Shown here: positions 39,185 through 48,282 of the stretch, piece after piece
Layout: the number at the start of each line of letters is the position of its first letter
Position numbering within the stretch: the first letter of the stretch is position 1
Assembly (NCBI GenBank): GCA_013349665.1
Contig: DUZF01000001.1
Location: forward strand, 1 to 48,282
Origin: Rhodospirillaceae bacterium
Lineage (GTDB): Bacteria; Pseudomonadota; Alphaproteobacteria; Rhodospirillales; Magnetospirillaceae
DNA length: 48,282 nt
Reading direction: 5' to 3'
Notes under the pieces: generated by a model
What the model was told of the DNA's origin: nothing
The model's database searches: none
What the model saw: only the letters and a program-made list of their open reading frames with translations
Translations under genes and position numbers: made by a program

Positions 39185-39502
39185 TCACAGCTTGATGACG
39201 GCGTGCAACGGCTTGGTCCGGTCGTAGGCGGCCTGTTGCTCGGGCGTCGCCTCCGTCTGGTAGAGGGATTTCCACTCCTCGTAGGGCATGCCGTAGACGG
39301 CCTGCTTGGCCTCGGCTTCGCTGACCTCCAGGCCCCGCTGGCGGGCGGCGGCGAGATACCATTTGCCGAGGCAGTTACGGCAGAAGCCGGCCAGCGACAT
39401 CATGTCCATATTCTGCACGTCGGTACGTTTTTGCAGATGCTCCACCAGGCCGCGAAAGGCGGCGGCCTCAAGTTCAATGCGGGTGCTGTCGTCAAGCGTC
39501 AT
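39185..39502 (-). CDS. DUF1244 family protein
   Basis: 105 aa from ATG 39502. IELEAAAFRGLVEHLQKRTDVQNMDMMSLAGFCRNCLGKWY matches my recollection of DUF1244. ATGA overlap with the upstream 4Fe-4S gene. Confidence 0.65.
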   Translation of the reverse strand: MTLDDSTRIELEAAAFRGLVEHLQKRTDVQNMDMMSLAGFCRNCLGKWYLAAARQRGLEVSEAEAKQAVYGMPYEEWKSLYQTEATPEQQAAYDRTKPLHAVIKL

Positions 39503-41475
39503 GGGTTTTCCTTGCGGTAGTCGTCGCTGGTGATCGGGCGGGGGCGCGGCGACGGATCGGCCTCGCCGCCCCATTGGACGATCACCCGGCAATCGTCGCA
39601 CATTCTGATCAGATCGAGACGGCCGGGGTCGCGATACATCGGATGGCCGGTCAGCCGCTCGACCATGCGCTCGACCATCGAGCGGACACCGAACGCCTTG
39701 CCGCAGCGGATGCAGGGATAGGGCTCCTCCTCCTTGAGGATGCGGCGCCGGCTGCCCAGGGGGCCGAAGGCCAGGCGCCGCTCCAGCTGAATGGCATGTT
39801 CCGGACAGGTGACCCGGCACAGCTGGCATTGTACGCAGGAAGCCTCATGGAAGGCCAGTTGCGGCTTGTCGGCATTGCCCGACAGGGCGGCGGTCGGGCA
39901 GACCCCGACGCAGGCCATGCACAAGGTGCATTTACCGCCGTCGAGCAACACCTGGCCGAACGGCGCCGGGCCGGCCAGCGGCAGCACTTCCGGCGGCGGC
40001 GCCGCCAGGCCGTGCAGATGCTCCAGCGCCAGCACCAGGGTCTCGCGGCTCTGTCCGAGGGCGCGGTGGGTGGCGGCGGCCGCCAGCGGCGGCGGCAAGG
40101 CGCGGCGCAGAAGAGACCCCAGGGCGGCCGGATCGCTGTCTTCGAGCAGGGACAGCCGGCCACCGCCGAGACCGAGGCCGTCGACGATTTCCTCGGCCAG
40201 CGCCATGGTCTGCCGCAGACTGTCGCCGCCGCCGCCGGGCGGCAGCAGCACCGACAGGCGCGATGCCCCATAGGCCAGCGCGGTCAAGGCGAAGTCCAGC
40301 CCCATGGCGGTCACTTCGTTCAGCTCATAGGGGATCACGGCGGCAGGCAGGCCGCGGTCGTGGCGGGCCAGCGCCTGGATCATCGCCAGGCCGTGGCGGG
40401 GGTCATGGACGAGGATTTCCGCCGCGCCGCCGCCCGCCCGCCGATAGGTGGCGAGCAGCACCCGCAGGCGTTCGAAGGCCGACAGGGCTGGCGGCATCTG
40501 ATAGGTGATGGCGGCTGTCGGGCAGACGCTGGCACAGGCGCCATGGCCCGAGCAGGCATGGGCGTCGATGCTCACATGGTCGCCGTCGGCGGTGATGGCC
40601 GAACTCGGGCAGGCGTCGAGACAGCGGGTGCAGGCCAACTGGCCGTTGCGCGAATGGGCGCAGCGGCCCGGATCGATCCTGACATAGCGGGGCTTGTCGA
40701 ACTGTCCCCTGAGCAGCGCCGCCTCGGCCAGGGCCCGTTCGACGGCCGCCGGCGCGCCGGGGTCGGCCCGCAGATAGCCATCGCGTCCGCTGAACAGCGG
40801 CGGTTGCCCCGACAGATCGAGGATCACCTCGGCGGTCAACTCGCCGCTTTCCGCCGGTTGGTCGAAGACCAGGGCGGCGCGCGACCAGGGGGCGGCGGCG
40901 GCCAGCCCGTCGACGGTCAGCTGGAAGGCGCCGAGATGGCCGCGCGCCGCCGTCACCCGTCCTTTGAGCAGGGCGAAATCACGGCGTCCCGGCGGTTCCA
41001 GCAATTCCGCCGGCGGCACCAGCAGACAGGTGACGCGGCGGTCGGCGGCCAGCCGGCGGGCGGCGTCGACGCCGACATCGTCGCCGGCATAGACCAGGGT
41101 GGCGCCGTCGGAGGACAGCGGCACGGCGGCCGGTATCGCCGGCGGCAGCAGGGCCTCGGCGATCAGCGCCGCCATCTTCGCCGCCGCCCGCCCGGCCTGG
41201 TCGGTCCAGCCGGCGCGGTCGCGGATGTCGACGAAGGCCGGCGTCGCGGCGTCGCCGGCCAGTTCGGTGAAACGCGGCGCCTCCTGGGTGCAGCAGACCA
41301 GCAGCGGCTCGCCGGCGGCCAGGTGGGCGCGGAACTTTTCCGCCTCGGCCCGGCACAGCTGGGTATGGACCTCCGGCGTCCCGGCGGCCTCCAGCGCCTC
41401 GGCGAGACGGCGGGCGTCGACGGACATGCTGCCGTTGCAGGAGCAGACCAGGACCCGGGTACCGTTCACCTTCAT
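39499..41475 (-). CDS. large multi-cluster 4Fe-4S protein (FDH-region associated, function unknown)
   Basis: 658 aa. Cys motifs CAHSRNGQLACTRCLDACP, CSGHGACASVCP, CTLCMACVGVCP, CVQCQLCRVTCP, plus N-terminal VLVCSCNGS and LLVCCTQEAP. AAGGGAG RBS before ATG 41475. Confidence 0.75.
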   Translation of the reverse strand: MKVNGTRVLVCSCNGSMSVDARRLAEALEAAGTPEVHTQLCRAEAEKFRAHLAAGEPLLVCCTQEAPRFTELAGDAATPAFVDIRDRAGWTDQAGRAAAKMAALIAEALLPPAIPAAVPLSSDGATLVYAGDDVGVDAARRLAADRRVTCLLVPPAELLEPPGRRDFALLKGRVTAARGHLGAFQLTVDGLAAAAPWSRAALVFDQPAESGELTAEVILDLSGQPPLFSGRDGYLRADPGAPAAVERALAEAALLRGQFDKPRYVRIDPGRCAHSRNGQLACTRCLDACPSSAITADGDHVSIDAHACSGHGACASVCPTAAITYQMPPALSAFERLRVLLATYRRAGGGAAEILVHDPRHGLAMIQALARHDRGLPAAVIPYELNEVTAMGLDFALTALAYGASRLSVLLPPGGGGDSLRQTMALAEEIVDGLGLGGGRLSLLEDSDPAALGSLLRRALPPPLAAAATHRALGQSRETLVLALEHLHGLAAPPPEVLPLAGPAPFGQVLLDGGKCTLCMACVGVCPTAALSGNADKPQLAFHEASCVQCQLCRVTCPEHAIQLERRLAFGPLGSRRRILKEEEPYPCIRCGKAFGVRSMVERMVERLTGHPMYRDPGRLDLIRMCDDCRVIVQWGGEADPSPRPRPITSDDYRKENP

Positions 41476-41537
41476 TCGCCGCTTCTCCCTTGTTCCAAAA
41501 CCATCCGTGCTTATTCTAGGAAATTAGGAGGCGCGGC

Positions 41538-42350
41538 ATGGAAATGAAAGAGGTACGACCCGACCCTGAGGATCGACGCCTGTACGAGGTAGTGGAAGGC
41601 ATCGACCAGGACGGCAATTCCGTCGAGGCGCCGATCATCAACGAGCGGGCGCTGACGATCTACCTCAACGGCCAGGAAATCGTCACCGCCATGACTATCG
41701 GCGATTATCCCGACTGCCTGGCCGTCGGCTATCTGCTCAACCAGAACATGCTGACCGCCGAGGATGTCATCCGTGCCATCGACCATGACGAGGAAACGGC
41801 GACGGTGGTGGTGCGCACCGACCGCCGCACCGATTTCGAAGCCAAACTGAAGAAGAAGACCCGCACCTCCGGCTGCGCCATGGGGACGGTGTTCGGCGAT
41901 GTGCTCGACAAGTTCGAAACCATCACCCTCGATCGCGAGGCGCGGCTCCGCACCAGTTGCCTGCTGTCGCTGTCGCGGCAGATCAACACCATGCCCAGCC
42001 TGTATCTGAAGACCGGGGCCATTCACGGCTGCGTGCTGTGCGAGGAGGACCGGCCGCTGATCTATATGGAGGATGTCGGCCGCCACAACGCGGTGGACAA
42101 GATCGCCGGCTATATGCATCTGCACGGCATTCCGGCGGCGGGGAAAAGTTTCTACACCACCGGCCGGCTGACCAGCGAGATGGTGATCAAGACGGTGCAG
42201 ATGGGCATCCCCATTCTGATGTCGCGTTCCGGCTTCACCGCCTGGGGGGTTTCCCTGGCCCGCCAGGCCAATCTGACCCTGATCGGTCGCGCCAAAGGCA
42301 AGCGCTTCCTGGTCCTCGCCGGGCATCAGCGGCTGATCTTCGATGAGTGA
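41538..42350 (+). CDS. fdhD: formate dehydrogenase accessory sulfurtransferase FdhD
   Basis: 270 aa. TSGCAMG catalytic loop and EDVGRHNAVDKIAG. AGGAGG RBS 7 nt before the ATG. Confidence 0.88.
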   Translation: MEMKEVRPDPEDRRLYEVVEGIDQDGNSVEAPIINERALTIYLNGQEIVTAMTIGDYPDCLAVGYLLNQNMLTAEDVIRAIDHDEETATVVVRTDRRTDFEAKLKKKTRTSGCAMGTVFGDVLDKFETITLDREARLRTSCLLSLSRQINTMPSLYLKTGAIHGCVLCEEDRPLIYMEDVGRHNAVDKIAGYMHLHGIPAAGKSFYTTGRLTSEMVIKTVQMGIPILMSRSGFTAWGVSLARQANLTLIGRAKGKRFLVLAGHQRLIFDE

Positions 42351-43530
42351 GCCCGACGAGCCCTTGGGTGAGGAGTGGCGCGTTGAGCGCCCCGGAGCGC
42401 CAGCGGAGGCAAGCCAAGTCGCCGGAGGCGACGCCCGGCGCCTGAGGGACCAAAAAAACAAAGTCGCCGGGATCCTCCTTGCCGGCGGCCTGTCGCGACG
42501 CATGGGCGGTGGCGACAAGTCGCTGCTGACGGTGGGCGGGCGCAGCCTGATGGAGCGCGTCATCGAGCGGGCGGCGCCGCAGGTCGACTGCCTGATCCTC
42601 AACGCCAACGGTGACCTGGGTCGTTTCGCCGGCTTTGGCCTGCCCGTCATGGCCGACGCCGTCGGCGGCTATGCCGGTCCCCTGGCCGGCATCCTCACCG
42701 GCCTCGAATGGCTGCGCGACAACCGGCCCGATATCCCCTGGCTGGTCAGTTTCGCCACCGACACGCCGCTGGTGCCGTCCGATCTGGTGGAACGCCTGCT
42801 GGCGGCGGTCGCCGACGGCGCCGGCGATCTGGCCTGCGCCGTCGCCGGCGGCGAGACCCAGCCGGTGTTCGGCCTGTGGCCGGTTTCCCTGGCCGGGGCG
42901 CTGCGCCATGCCCTGGTGGAGGAGAACCTTTACAAGATCACCGCCTTCACCGCCCGCTACCGCCTCGCCCATGCCGACTGGCCGGGCGGCGTCGACGGTC
43001 CGTTTTTCAACGTCAACACCGCCGAGGATCTGGCGCGGCTGTCGCTGGTGCTCGACGGCGGTCTGGCGGCCGAGGCGCCGCTGTCGGAAAGCCTTGCCGT
43101 GGCGGTGGTGATCGAGCGCCGGGACAGCGGCAATCCGTGGCGCCGCGATTCCTGGCGGCCCCTGCAGGTGATCCCCGACATGCCGGAGAGCGCGCCCTGG
43201 CGGCTGCTGAGAAAGGGCGACGGCTGGGAACACTATCTCGCCGGCGGGCAGACCGTCGCCCTGCATCGCTCGGATCTGGCGAGTTACCGCTATAACCTGG
43301 CGGGGGCCGAACCCAGGCTTTATGTCGCCGTCCGATTGGCTGGCGGCGAGGTCCCGGCCAGGGTGGTGATGGTCACCGCCGCCGCCGACGAGGCCGAGAC
43401 CCTGCTGGAAAGCGGCGAGGACCTGGTCGAGCCGGTGCCCATGCCGGAGGCGGTGGAGTCATGGATCATCGGTTTCGCCGCCCGCCATCCGCCGGATGCG
43501 CCGATGATCAAACGGCGACGGGGTGCATGA
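42343..43530 (+). CDS. mobA: molybdenum cofactor guanylyltransferase MobA fused to a DUF3305 domain
   Basis: Residues ~40-235 carry AGILLAGGLSRRMGGGDKSLL and DAVGGYAGPLAGILTG (MobA). Residues ~245-395 carry VAVVIERRDSGNPWRRDSWRP...YRYNLAGAEPRLYVAV...VTAAADEAETLLESGEDLVEPVPMP, which matches my recollection of DUF3305. One uninterrupted 395-aa frame. Confidence 0.75.
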   Translation: MSEPDEPLGEEWRVERPGAPAEASQVAGGDARRLRDQKNKVAGILLAGGLSRRMGGGDKSLLTVGGRSLMERVIERAAPQVDCLILNANGDLGRFAGFGLPVMADAVGGYAGPLAGILTGLEWLRDNRPDIPWLVSFATDTPLVPSDLVERLLAAVADGAGDLACAVAGGETQPVFGLWPVSLAGALRHALVEENLYKITAFTARYRLAHADWPGGVDGPFFNVNTAEDLARLSLVLDGGLAAEAPLSESLAVAVVIERRDSGNPWRRDSWRPLQVIPDMPESAPWRLLRKGDGWEHYLAGGQTVALHRSDLASYRYNLAGAEPRLYVAVRLAGGEVPARVVMVTAAADEAETLLESGEDLVEPVPMPEAVESWIIGFAARHPPDAPMIKRRRGA

Positions 43531-43751
43531 TGAGCAAGAATCCCTGGTGGCATCTGTGGGCCGATGATCCGGCGCTGGCCGGACCCGATCCGCTGGATCT
43601 GCATAACATCGACTATGGGCTGGCCGATCTTGCCGAGGATGTCGCCTCGGCGTGGAAAAACGGCCTCGGTTATGTCCTGCGGGAAGACCCATCCGAAGGA
43701 CCTATTGACGCAAAGGTGGAGGAGGCCCAACTATCGGAAGAGGAGTTGTGA
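43527..43751 (+). CDS. small acidic protein, DUF3306-like C-terminal region
   Basis: 74 aa with an ATGA overlap with the mobA fusion. WHLWADDPALAGPDPLDLHNIDY resembles the LW-x-x-DP ... D-Y segment of DUF3306. It lacks the basic N-terminus I associate with that family. Confidence 0.45.
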   Translation: MMSKNPWWHLWADDPALAGPDPLDLHNIDYGLADLAEDVASAWKNGLGYVLREDPSEGPIDAKVEEAQLSEEEL

Positions 43752-43788
43752 AAAGAGACATATAAAATGTCCTTTCGGAGGAACGCTC

Positions 43789-44382
43789 TTGGACGCCATC
43801 TGCGTCGATGACGAAGATCGTCAGCGCGGCGGGATTTATGGTCTTCTCGCATCGCTGCTGACCGCCCCGCCGGATCAGCGGCAACTGCTGGCCTTGCGCG
43901 CCCTGTCTGGCGACGCCTCCCCCCTGGGCCGGGCCGTCGCCGATCTGGCCGCCGTCGCCGCCGAGGTGACGCCGGAGCAGGCGAGCGCCGAATTTGACGA
44001 TCTTTTCATCGGTCTCGGCCGTGGCCAGGTGGTCCCTTACGCATCCTCCTATCTGACCGGATTTCTTAATGAAAAGCCGCTGGCGCTGCTGCGGGCGGAC
44101 CTCGCCCGGCTGGGCATCGCGCGGGCCGAGGGCATCGGCGAACCCGAGGATCATGCCGGCATTCTCTGCGAGGTGATGCAAGGACTCATCGACGGGTCCT
44201 TCGGCAGCCCGGCGGCGCTGACCCGGCAGAGGGACTTCCTCGGCGCCCATCTGGCGTCCTGGTGGGAGCATTTCTTTACCGATCTGGAAGCGGCGCCGGC
44301 GGCGCATCTGTACCGGCCGCTGGGGCGGATCGGCCGCCTGTTCGCCGGCATCGAGGCGGAAGCCTTCGCCATGCTTGACTGA
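43789..44382 (+). CDS. TorD/DmsD-family redox enzyme maturation chaperone
   Basis: AEFDDLFIGLGRGQVVPYASSYL and GEPEDHAGILCEVM motifs. TTG 43789 was chosen because a GGAGGA RBS lies 6 nt upstream. The frame is open from 43564. Confidence 0.7.
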   Translation: MDAICVDDEDRQRGGIYGLLASLLTAPPDQRQLLALRALSGDASPLGRAVADLAAVAAEVTPEQASAEFDDLFIGLGRGQVVPYASSYLTGFLNEKPLALLRADLARLGIARAEGIGEPEDHAGILCEVMQGLIDGSFGSPAALTRQRDFLGAHLASWWEHFFTDLEAAPAAHLYRPLGRIGRLFAGIEAEAFAMLD

Positions 44383-44399
44383 TCAAACCGGAGGGCACC

Positions 44400-44594
<195 letters not shown>

Positions 44595-44610
44595 TCGACG
44601 GGGGTCTCAG

Positions 44611-47373
44611 ATGCTGCTGAAAAAGAACACCGGCGCCGTCATCGACCGCCGCACCTTTCTTCGCCGCTCCGGCCTTGCCGTCGGCGGCCTGGGTCTCGCC
44701 GCCGGCGCCCGTGTCGCCACCGTCAGGCCGGCCGATGCCGCCGTCGCTCAGCCGGCTGTCGGCGCCGAGGTGAAAAAGACGGTCTGCACCCATTGCTCGG
44801 TCGGCTGCACGGTGGAGGCCGAGGTGGTCAACGGCGTCTGGACGCGCCAGGCGCCGGCCTTCGACAGCCCGTTCAATCTCGGCGCCCATTGCGCCAAAGG
44901 CGCCTCGGTGCGCGAGCACGCCCATGGCGACAAGCGGGTCAAATACCCCATGAAGCTGGAAGGCGGCCGCTGGAAGCGCCTGTCCTGGGAGCAGGCGATC
45001 GAAGAGGTGGGCGACCGGCTGCTGAAGATCCGCGAATCCTCGGGCGCCGATTCGGTCTATTGGCTGGGCTCGGCGAAATTCAGCAACGAGCAGGCCTATC
45101 TGCTGCGCAAATTCGCCGCCCTGTGGGGCACCAACAACGTCGACCACCAGGCCCGCATCTGCCATTCCACCACCGTCGCCGGCGTCGCCCAGACCTGGGG
45201 CTACGGCGCCATGACCAACAGCTATAACGACATCCATAACTCCAAGTTGATGTTCTTCATCGGCTCCAACGCCGCCGAGGCGCATCCGGTGGCGATGATG
45301 CATGTGCTGAAAGCCAAGGAGGAGAACCACGCCCCGCTGATCGTCTGCGACCCCCGCTTTACCCGCACCGCCGCCCATGCCACCGAATATGTGCGGCTGC
45401 GTCCGGGCACCGACGTGCCGCTGATCTGGGGCCTGCTCAATGTCATCTTCGCCAATGGCTGGGAGGACAAGGAGTATATCCGCCGCCGCGTCTGGGGGAT
45501 GGAGCAGATCAAGGCGGAAACCGCGAAATGGACGCCCGAGGAAACCGAACGGGTGACCGGCGTGCCGGCCGCGCAGGTGAGGAAGGTGGCCGAGATGCTG
45601 GCCACCCACAAGCCGGCGACGGTGGTGTGGTGCATGGGCGGCACCCAGCACACGGTGGGCAACAACAACACCCGGGCCTATTGCGTGCTGCAGCTGGCGC
45701 TGGGCAATATCGGCGTCGCCGGCGGCGGCACCAACATCTTTCGCGGCCATGACAACGTCCAGGGCGCCACCGACATGGGCCTCGACGTCACCACCCTGCC
45801 GGCCTATTACGGCCTGGTCGAAGGGGCATGGAAGCATTGGGCGCGGGTCTGGGACCTTGACTACGACTGGCTGCTGTCGCGCTTCAAGGACAAGACCTTC
45901 ATGGAGACCAAGGGCATCCCGGTGTCCCGCTGGTTCGACGCGGTGCTCGAGGACAAGGCCAATATCGCCCAGCCCGACGCCATCCGGGCGATGATCTATT
46001 GGGGCCATGCGCCCAATTCCCAGACCCGCCAGGGCGACCTCAAGAAGGCCATGGAAAAGCTGGACCTGATGGTGGTCATCGACCCCTATCCGACGGTCAG
46101 CGCGGTGTTGCCGGACCGCACCGACGGCATCTATCTGCTGCCGGCGGCGACCCAGTACGAGGTCGACGGTTCGCGCACCGCCTCCAACCGCTCGCTGCAA
46201 TGGGGCGAGGCGATCATCAAGCCCTTGTTCGAAAGCAAGGCCGACCACGAGATCATGTACCGCTTCGCCCGCAAGTTCGGCTTCGCCGAGCAATTGTGCA
46301 AGCACATCACCGTCGACGGCATGGTGCCCGAGCCGGAGTCCATTCTGCGCGAAATCAACCGCGGCTGCTGGACCATCGGCTATAGCGGCCAGTCGCCCGA
46401 GCGCCTCAAGCTGCATATGAAGCACCAGGAGACCTTCGACCGCACGACCCTGCGGGCGGTGGGCGGGCCCTGCGACGGCGACTATTATGGCCTGCCCTGG
46501 CCGTGCTGGGGGACGCCAGAGATGAAACATCCCGGCACCGCCAACCTCTATGACAATTCCCTGCCGGTAAAGGACGGCGGCCTGGCCTTCCGCAATCTGT
46601 TCGGGGTCGAGCGCAACGGTGACAATCTGCTGGCGGAAGGGGCCTATCCGCTGGGCTCGGAGATCCAGGACGGCTATCCGCAGATGACCTACGGGCTGCT
46701 GAAAAAGCTTGGCTGGGACGGCGACCTGACGCCGGAGGAACTGGCGGTGATCCAGAAGATCGGCGGCGCCAAGGCCGATGACGTGGCGTGGAGCGTCGAT
46801 CTGTCGGGCGGCCTGATCCGCGTCGCCATCAAGCATGGCCTGGCGCCTTTCGGCAATGCCAAGGCCCGGGCGGTGGCATGGAACTTCCCCGATCCGGTGC
46901 CGCTGCATCGCGAACCGCTGTACACGCCCCGGCGCGACCTGGTGGAGAAATATCCGACCTGGCCGGACAAGAAGGACTACCGCCTGCCGTTTCTTTTCAA
47001 GAGCATCCAGGACAAGGACTTTTCCAGGGACTTCCCGATCATCCTGACCTCCGGGCGGCTGGTGGAATACGAAGGCGGCGGCGACGAGACCCGCTCCAAT
47101 CCCTGGCTGGCCGAATTGCAGCCGGAGATGTTCTGCGAAATCAACCCCTATGACGCCAACAACGCCGCCATCCGCGACGGCCAGGATGTCTGGGTGCATG
47201 GCCCGGAAGGCGGCAAGGTCAGGGTCAAGGCGCTGATCACCGAACGGGTGGGGCGCGGCGTCGCCTTCATGCCCTTCCATTTCGGCGGCAGTTTCCAGGG
47301 CCAGAGCCGTCGCGACCGCTATCCCGAGGGCACGGCGCCGTTCGTCTCCGGCGAAAGAGACCTACGGCTATGA
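44611..47373 (+). CDS. fdhA: formate dehydrogenase catalytic (alpha) subunit, Tat-exported, Cys-type; apparent frameshift near the 3' end
   Basis: Tat signal DRRTFLRRSG, FS0 cluster CTHCSVGCTV, Mo-ligand region HQARICHSTTV (Cys, not Sec). The frame stops at TGA 47371. A conserved-looking tail TYGYDAVTAMQETKVTLCRIEKA-stop continues in the +1 frame (47360-47431). Confidence 0.85.
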   Translation: MLLKKNTGAVIDRRTFLRRSGLAVGGLGLAAGARVATVRPADAAVAQPAVGAEVKKTVCTHCSVGCTVEAEVVNGVWTRQAPAFDSPFNLGAHCAKGASVREHAHGDKRVKYPMKLEGGRWKRLSWEQAIEEVGDRLLKIRESSGADSVYWLGSAKFSNEQAYLLRKFAALWGTNNVDHQARICHSTTVAGVAQTWGYGAMTNSYNDIHNSKLMFFIGSNAAEAHPVAMMHVLKAKEENHAPLIVCDPRFTRTAAHATEYVRLRPGTDVPLIWGLLNVIFANGWEDKEYIRRRVWGMEQIKAETAKWTPEETERVTGVPAAQVRKVAEMLATHKPATVVWCMGGTQHTVGNNNTRAYCVLQLALGNIGVAGGGTNIFRGHDNVQGATDMGLDVTTLPAYYGLVEGAWKHWARVWDLDYDWLLSRFKDKTFMETKGIPVSRWFDAVLEDKANIAQPDAIRAMIYWGHAPNSQTRQGDLKKAMEKLDLMVVIDPYPTVSAVLPDRTDGIYLLPAATQYEVDGSRTASNRSLQWGEAIIKPLFESKADHEIMYRFARKFGFAEQLCKHITVDGMVPEPESILREINRGCWTIGYSGQSPERLKLHMKHQETFDRTTLRAVGGPCDGDYYGLPWPCWGTPEMKHPGTANLYDNSLPVKDGGLAFRNLFGVERNGDNLLAEGAYPLGSEIQDGYPQMTYGLLKKLGWDGDLTPEELAVIQKIGGAKADDVAWSVDLSGGLIRVAIKHGLAPFGNAKARAVAWNFPDPVPLHREPLYTPRRDLVEKYPTWPDKKDYRLPFLFKSIQDKDFSRDFPIILTSGRLVEYEGGGDETRSNPWLAELQPEMFCEINPYDANNAAIRDGQDVWVHGPEGGKVRVKALITERVGRGVAFMPFHFGGSFQGQSRRDRYPEGTAPFVSGERDLRL

Positions 47374-47443
47374 CGCGGTGACGGCGATGCAGGAGACCAA
47401 GGTCACCCTGTGCCGCATCGAGAAAGCGTGAGGAGGACTCATC

Positions 47444-48034
47444 ATGGCCAGAATGAAATTCCTCTGCGACAGCGAACGCTGCATCGAATGCAACGGCTGC
47501 GTCACCGCCTGCAAGAACGAGCATGAGGTGCCCTGGGGCATCAACCGGCGCCGCGTCGTCACCGTCAACGACGGCAAGCCGGGTGAGCGCTCGATCTCGG
47601 TGGCCTGTATGCATTGCTCGGACGCGCCCTGCATGGCGGTCTGTCCGGTCGACTGCTTTTACCAGACCGCCGACGGCATCGTGCTGCACAACAAGGATAT
47701 GTGCATTGGCTGCGGCTATTGCTTTTTCGCCTGTCCGTTCGGTGCCCCGCAATATCCCCAGGGCAGCAATTTCGGCGGCCGCGGCAAGATGGACAAATGC
47801 ACCTTCTGCGCCGGCGGCCCAGAGGCCCATAACTCGGACAGCGAATTCCGCAAATACGGCCGCAACCGCATCGCCGAGGGCAAATTGCCGCTCTGCGCCG
47901 AGATGTGCGCCACCAAGGCGCTGCTGGCCGGCGACGGCGACAAGGTGTCGGCGATCTTCCGCCAGCGGGTGATGTCGCGCGGCTTCGGCGCCAGGGCGCC
48001 GGGCTGGGACGCCGCCTACGGATCGAAGGGATGA
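47444..48034 (+). CDS. fdhB: formate dehydrogenase iron-sulfur (beta) subunit
   Basis: 196 aa. Ferredoxin motifs CIECNGCVTAC, CMHCSDAPCMAVCP, CIGCGYCFFACP, CTFC...CAEMC. AGGAGG RBS. Confidence 0.88.
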   Translation: MARMKFLCDSERCIECNGCVTACKNEHEVPWGINRRRVVTVNDGKPGERSISVACMHCSDAPCMAVCPVDCFYQTADGIVLHNKDMCIGCGYCFFACPFGAPQYPQGSNFGGRGKMDKCTFCAGGPEAHNSDSEFRKYGRNRIAEGKLPLCAEMCATKALLAGDGDKVSAIFRQRVMSRGFGARAPGWDAAYGSKG

Positions 48035-48282
48035 GGCGCCTCCTTTTCGTCGCCGCCCTGCTGGCCGCCGTCGTCATGCTGACGGCGGCGGCGGCGGCGA
48101 CCGAGCCGCCGCTGGCCGACAGCTGGCGGGCGGTGCGCCAGGGCGAGGCGGGCACCGTCAACAATGTCCCCGACCCCCTGCGCGGACGCCTGATCCAGGC
48201 GGAGGGCGAGGTCTGGCGGCGTCTGCACAATGGCTGGCTGGTGCCCGGGGACGGCATCGCCCTGATCGCCGTCGCCGTGGCG
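48031..48282 (+). CDS. formate dehydrogenase gamma (cytochrome b) subunit, N-terminal part (runs off the window)
   Basis: My own translation from ATG 48031, which has an ATGA overlap with the fdhB stop. It reads MRRLLFVAALLAAVVMLTAAAAA (signal) ...SWRAVRQGEAGTV...GRLIQAEGEVWRRLHNGW. This resembles the periplasmic N-terminus of FDH gamma subunits. Not in the ORF track because no stop is reached. Confidence 0.6.
   Translation, partial: MRRLLFVAALLAAVVMLTAAAAATEPPLADSWRAVRQGEAGTVNNVPDPLRGRLIQAEGEVWRRLHNGWLVPGDGIALIAVAVA

Noticed and set aside
39574-41547. 657-aa plus-strand ORF
   Set aside because: It is antisense to the 4Fe-4S protein gene. That gene has regularly spaced ferredoxin Cys motifs, an RBS and translational coupling to DUF1244. 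This ORF has none of those.
44611-47373. Selenocysteine (in-frame TGA plus SECIS) in the formate dehydrogenase alpha subunit
   Set aside because: The frame is uninterrupted up to 47371, and the active-site position reads ARICHSTTV with Cys. The only TGA is the terminal one, which is better explained by a frameshift.

Overview
High-GC chromosomal segment whose gene content and synteny point to an alphaproteobacterium. A Rhodospirillales or Magnetospirillum-like origin is only a guess. All family calls come from reading motifs in the ORF translations; no searches were run.

The conserved backbone has five parts:
- phoR-like kinase and a TPR/GT9-like protein.
- A split Aer-like PAS protein plus MCP, then maeB.
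- mutS-glnD-murJ, then trpS, DUF2333, TIGR02186-like, USP, nfu, a Bax-like glucosaminidase, a nitroreductase and a VanX-like dipeptidase.
- tsaB-rimI, then fur-olsB-olsA-miaB-phoH-ybeY-corC-lnt-XRE.
- A Tat-exported molybdopterin formate dehydrogenase cluster: a large 4Fe-4S protein, DUF1244, fdhD, a mobA-DUF3305 fusion, a DUF3306-like protein, a TorD-like chaperone, a Tat-target peptide and fdhABC.

Three visibly more AT-rich accessory patches interrupt the backbone:
1. 3.7-9.0 kb. Four same-orientation copies of the 3' end of one MCP gene split the DNA into cassettes: pirin plus a MASE1 kinase, a REP/MITE cluster plus BrnT/BrnA, and a ParE-type TA pair. No recombinase is visible. This is the most unusual structure in the window.
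2. 20.9-22.7 kb. An orphan ORC/Cdc6-like AAA+ ATPase, a decayed ParDE module and a 106-bp palindromic element sit between murJ and trpS.
3. 29.9-30.9 kb. A TusA-like gene, a MucR/Ros homolog lacking two of the four canonical zinc ligands, and a perfect TGTGA-N6-TCACA palindrome in a convergent spacer.

Other points are an apparent +1 frameshift 23 codons before the end of fdhA and a nested four-copy repeat structure covering the lnt start. No rRNA, tRNA, CRISPR array, transposase or integrase was recognised.
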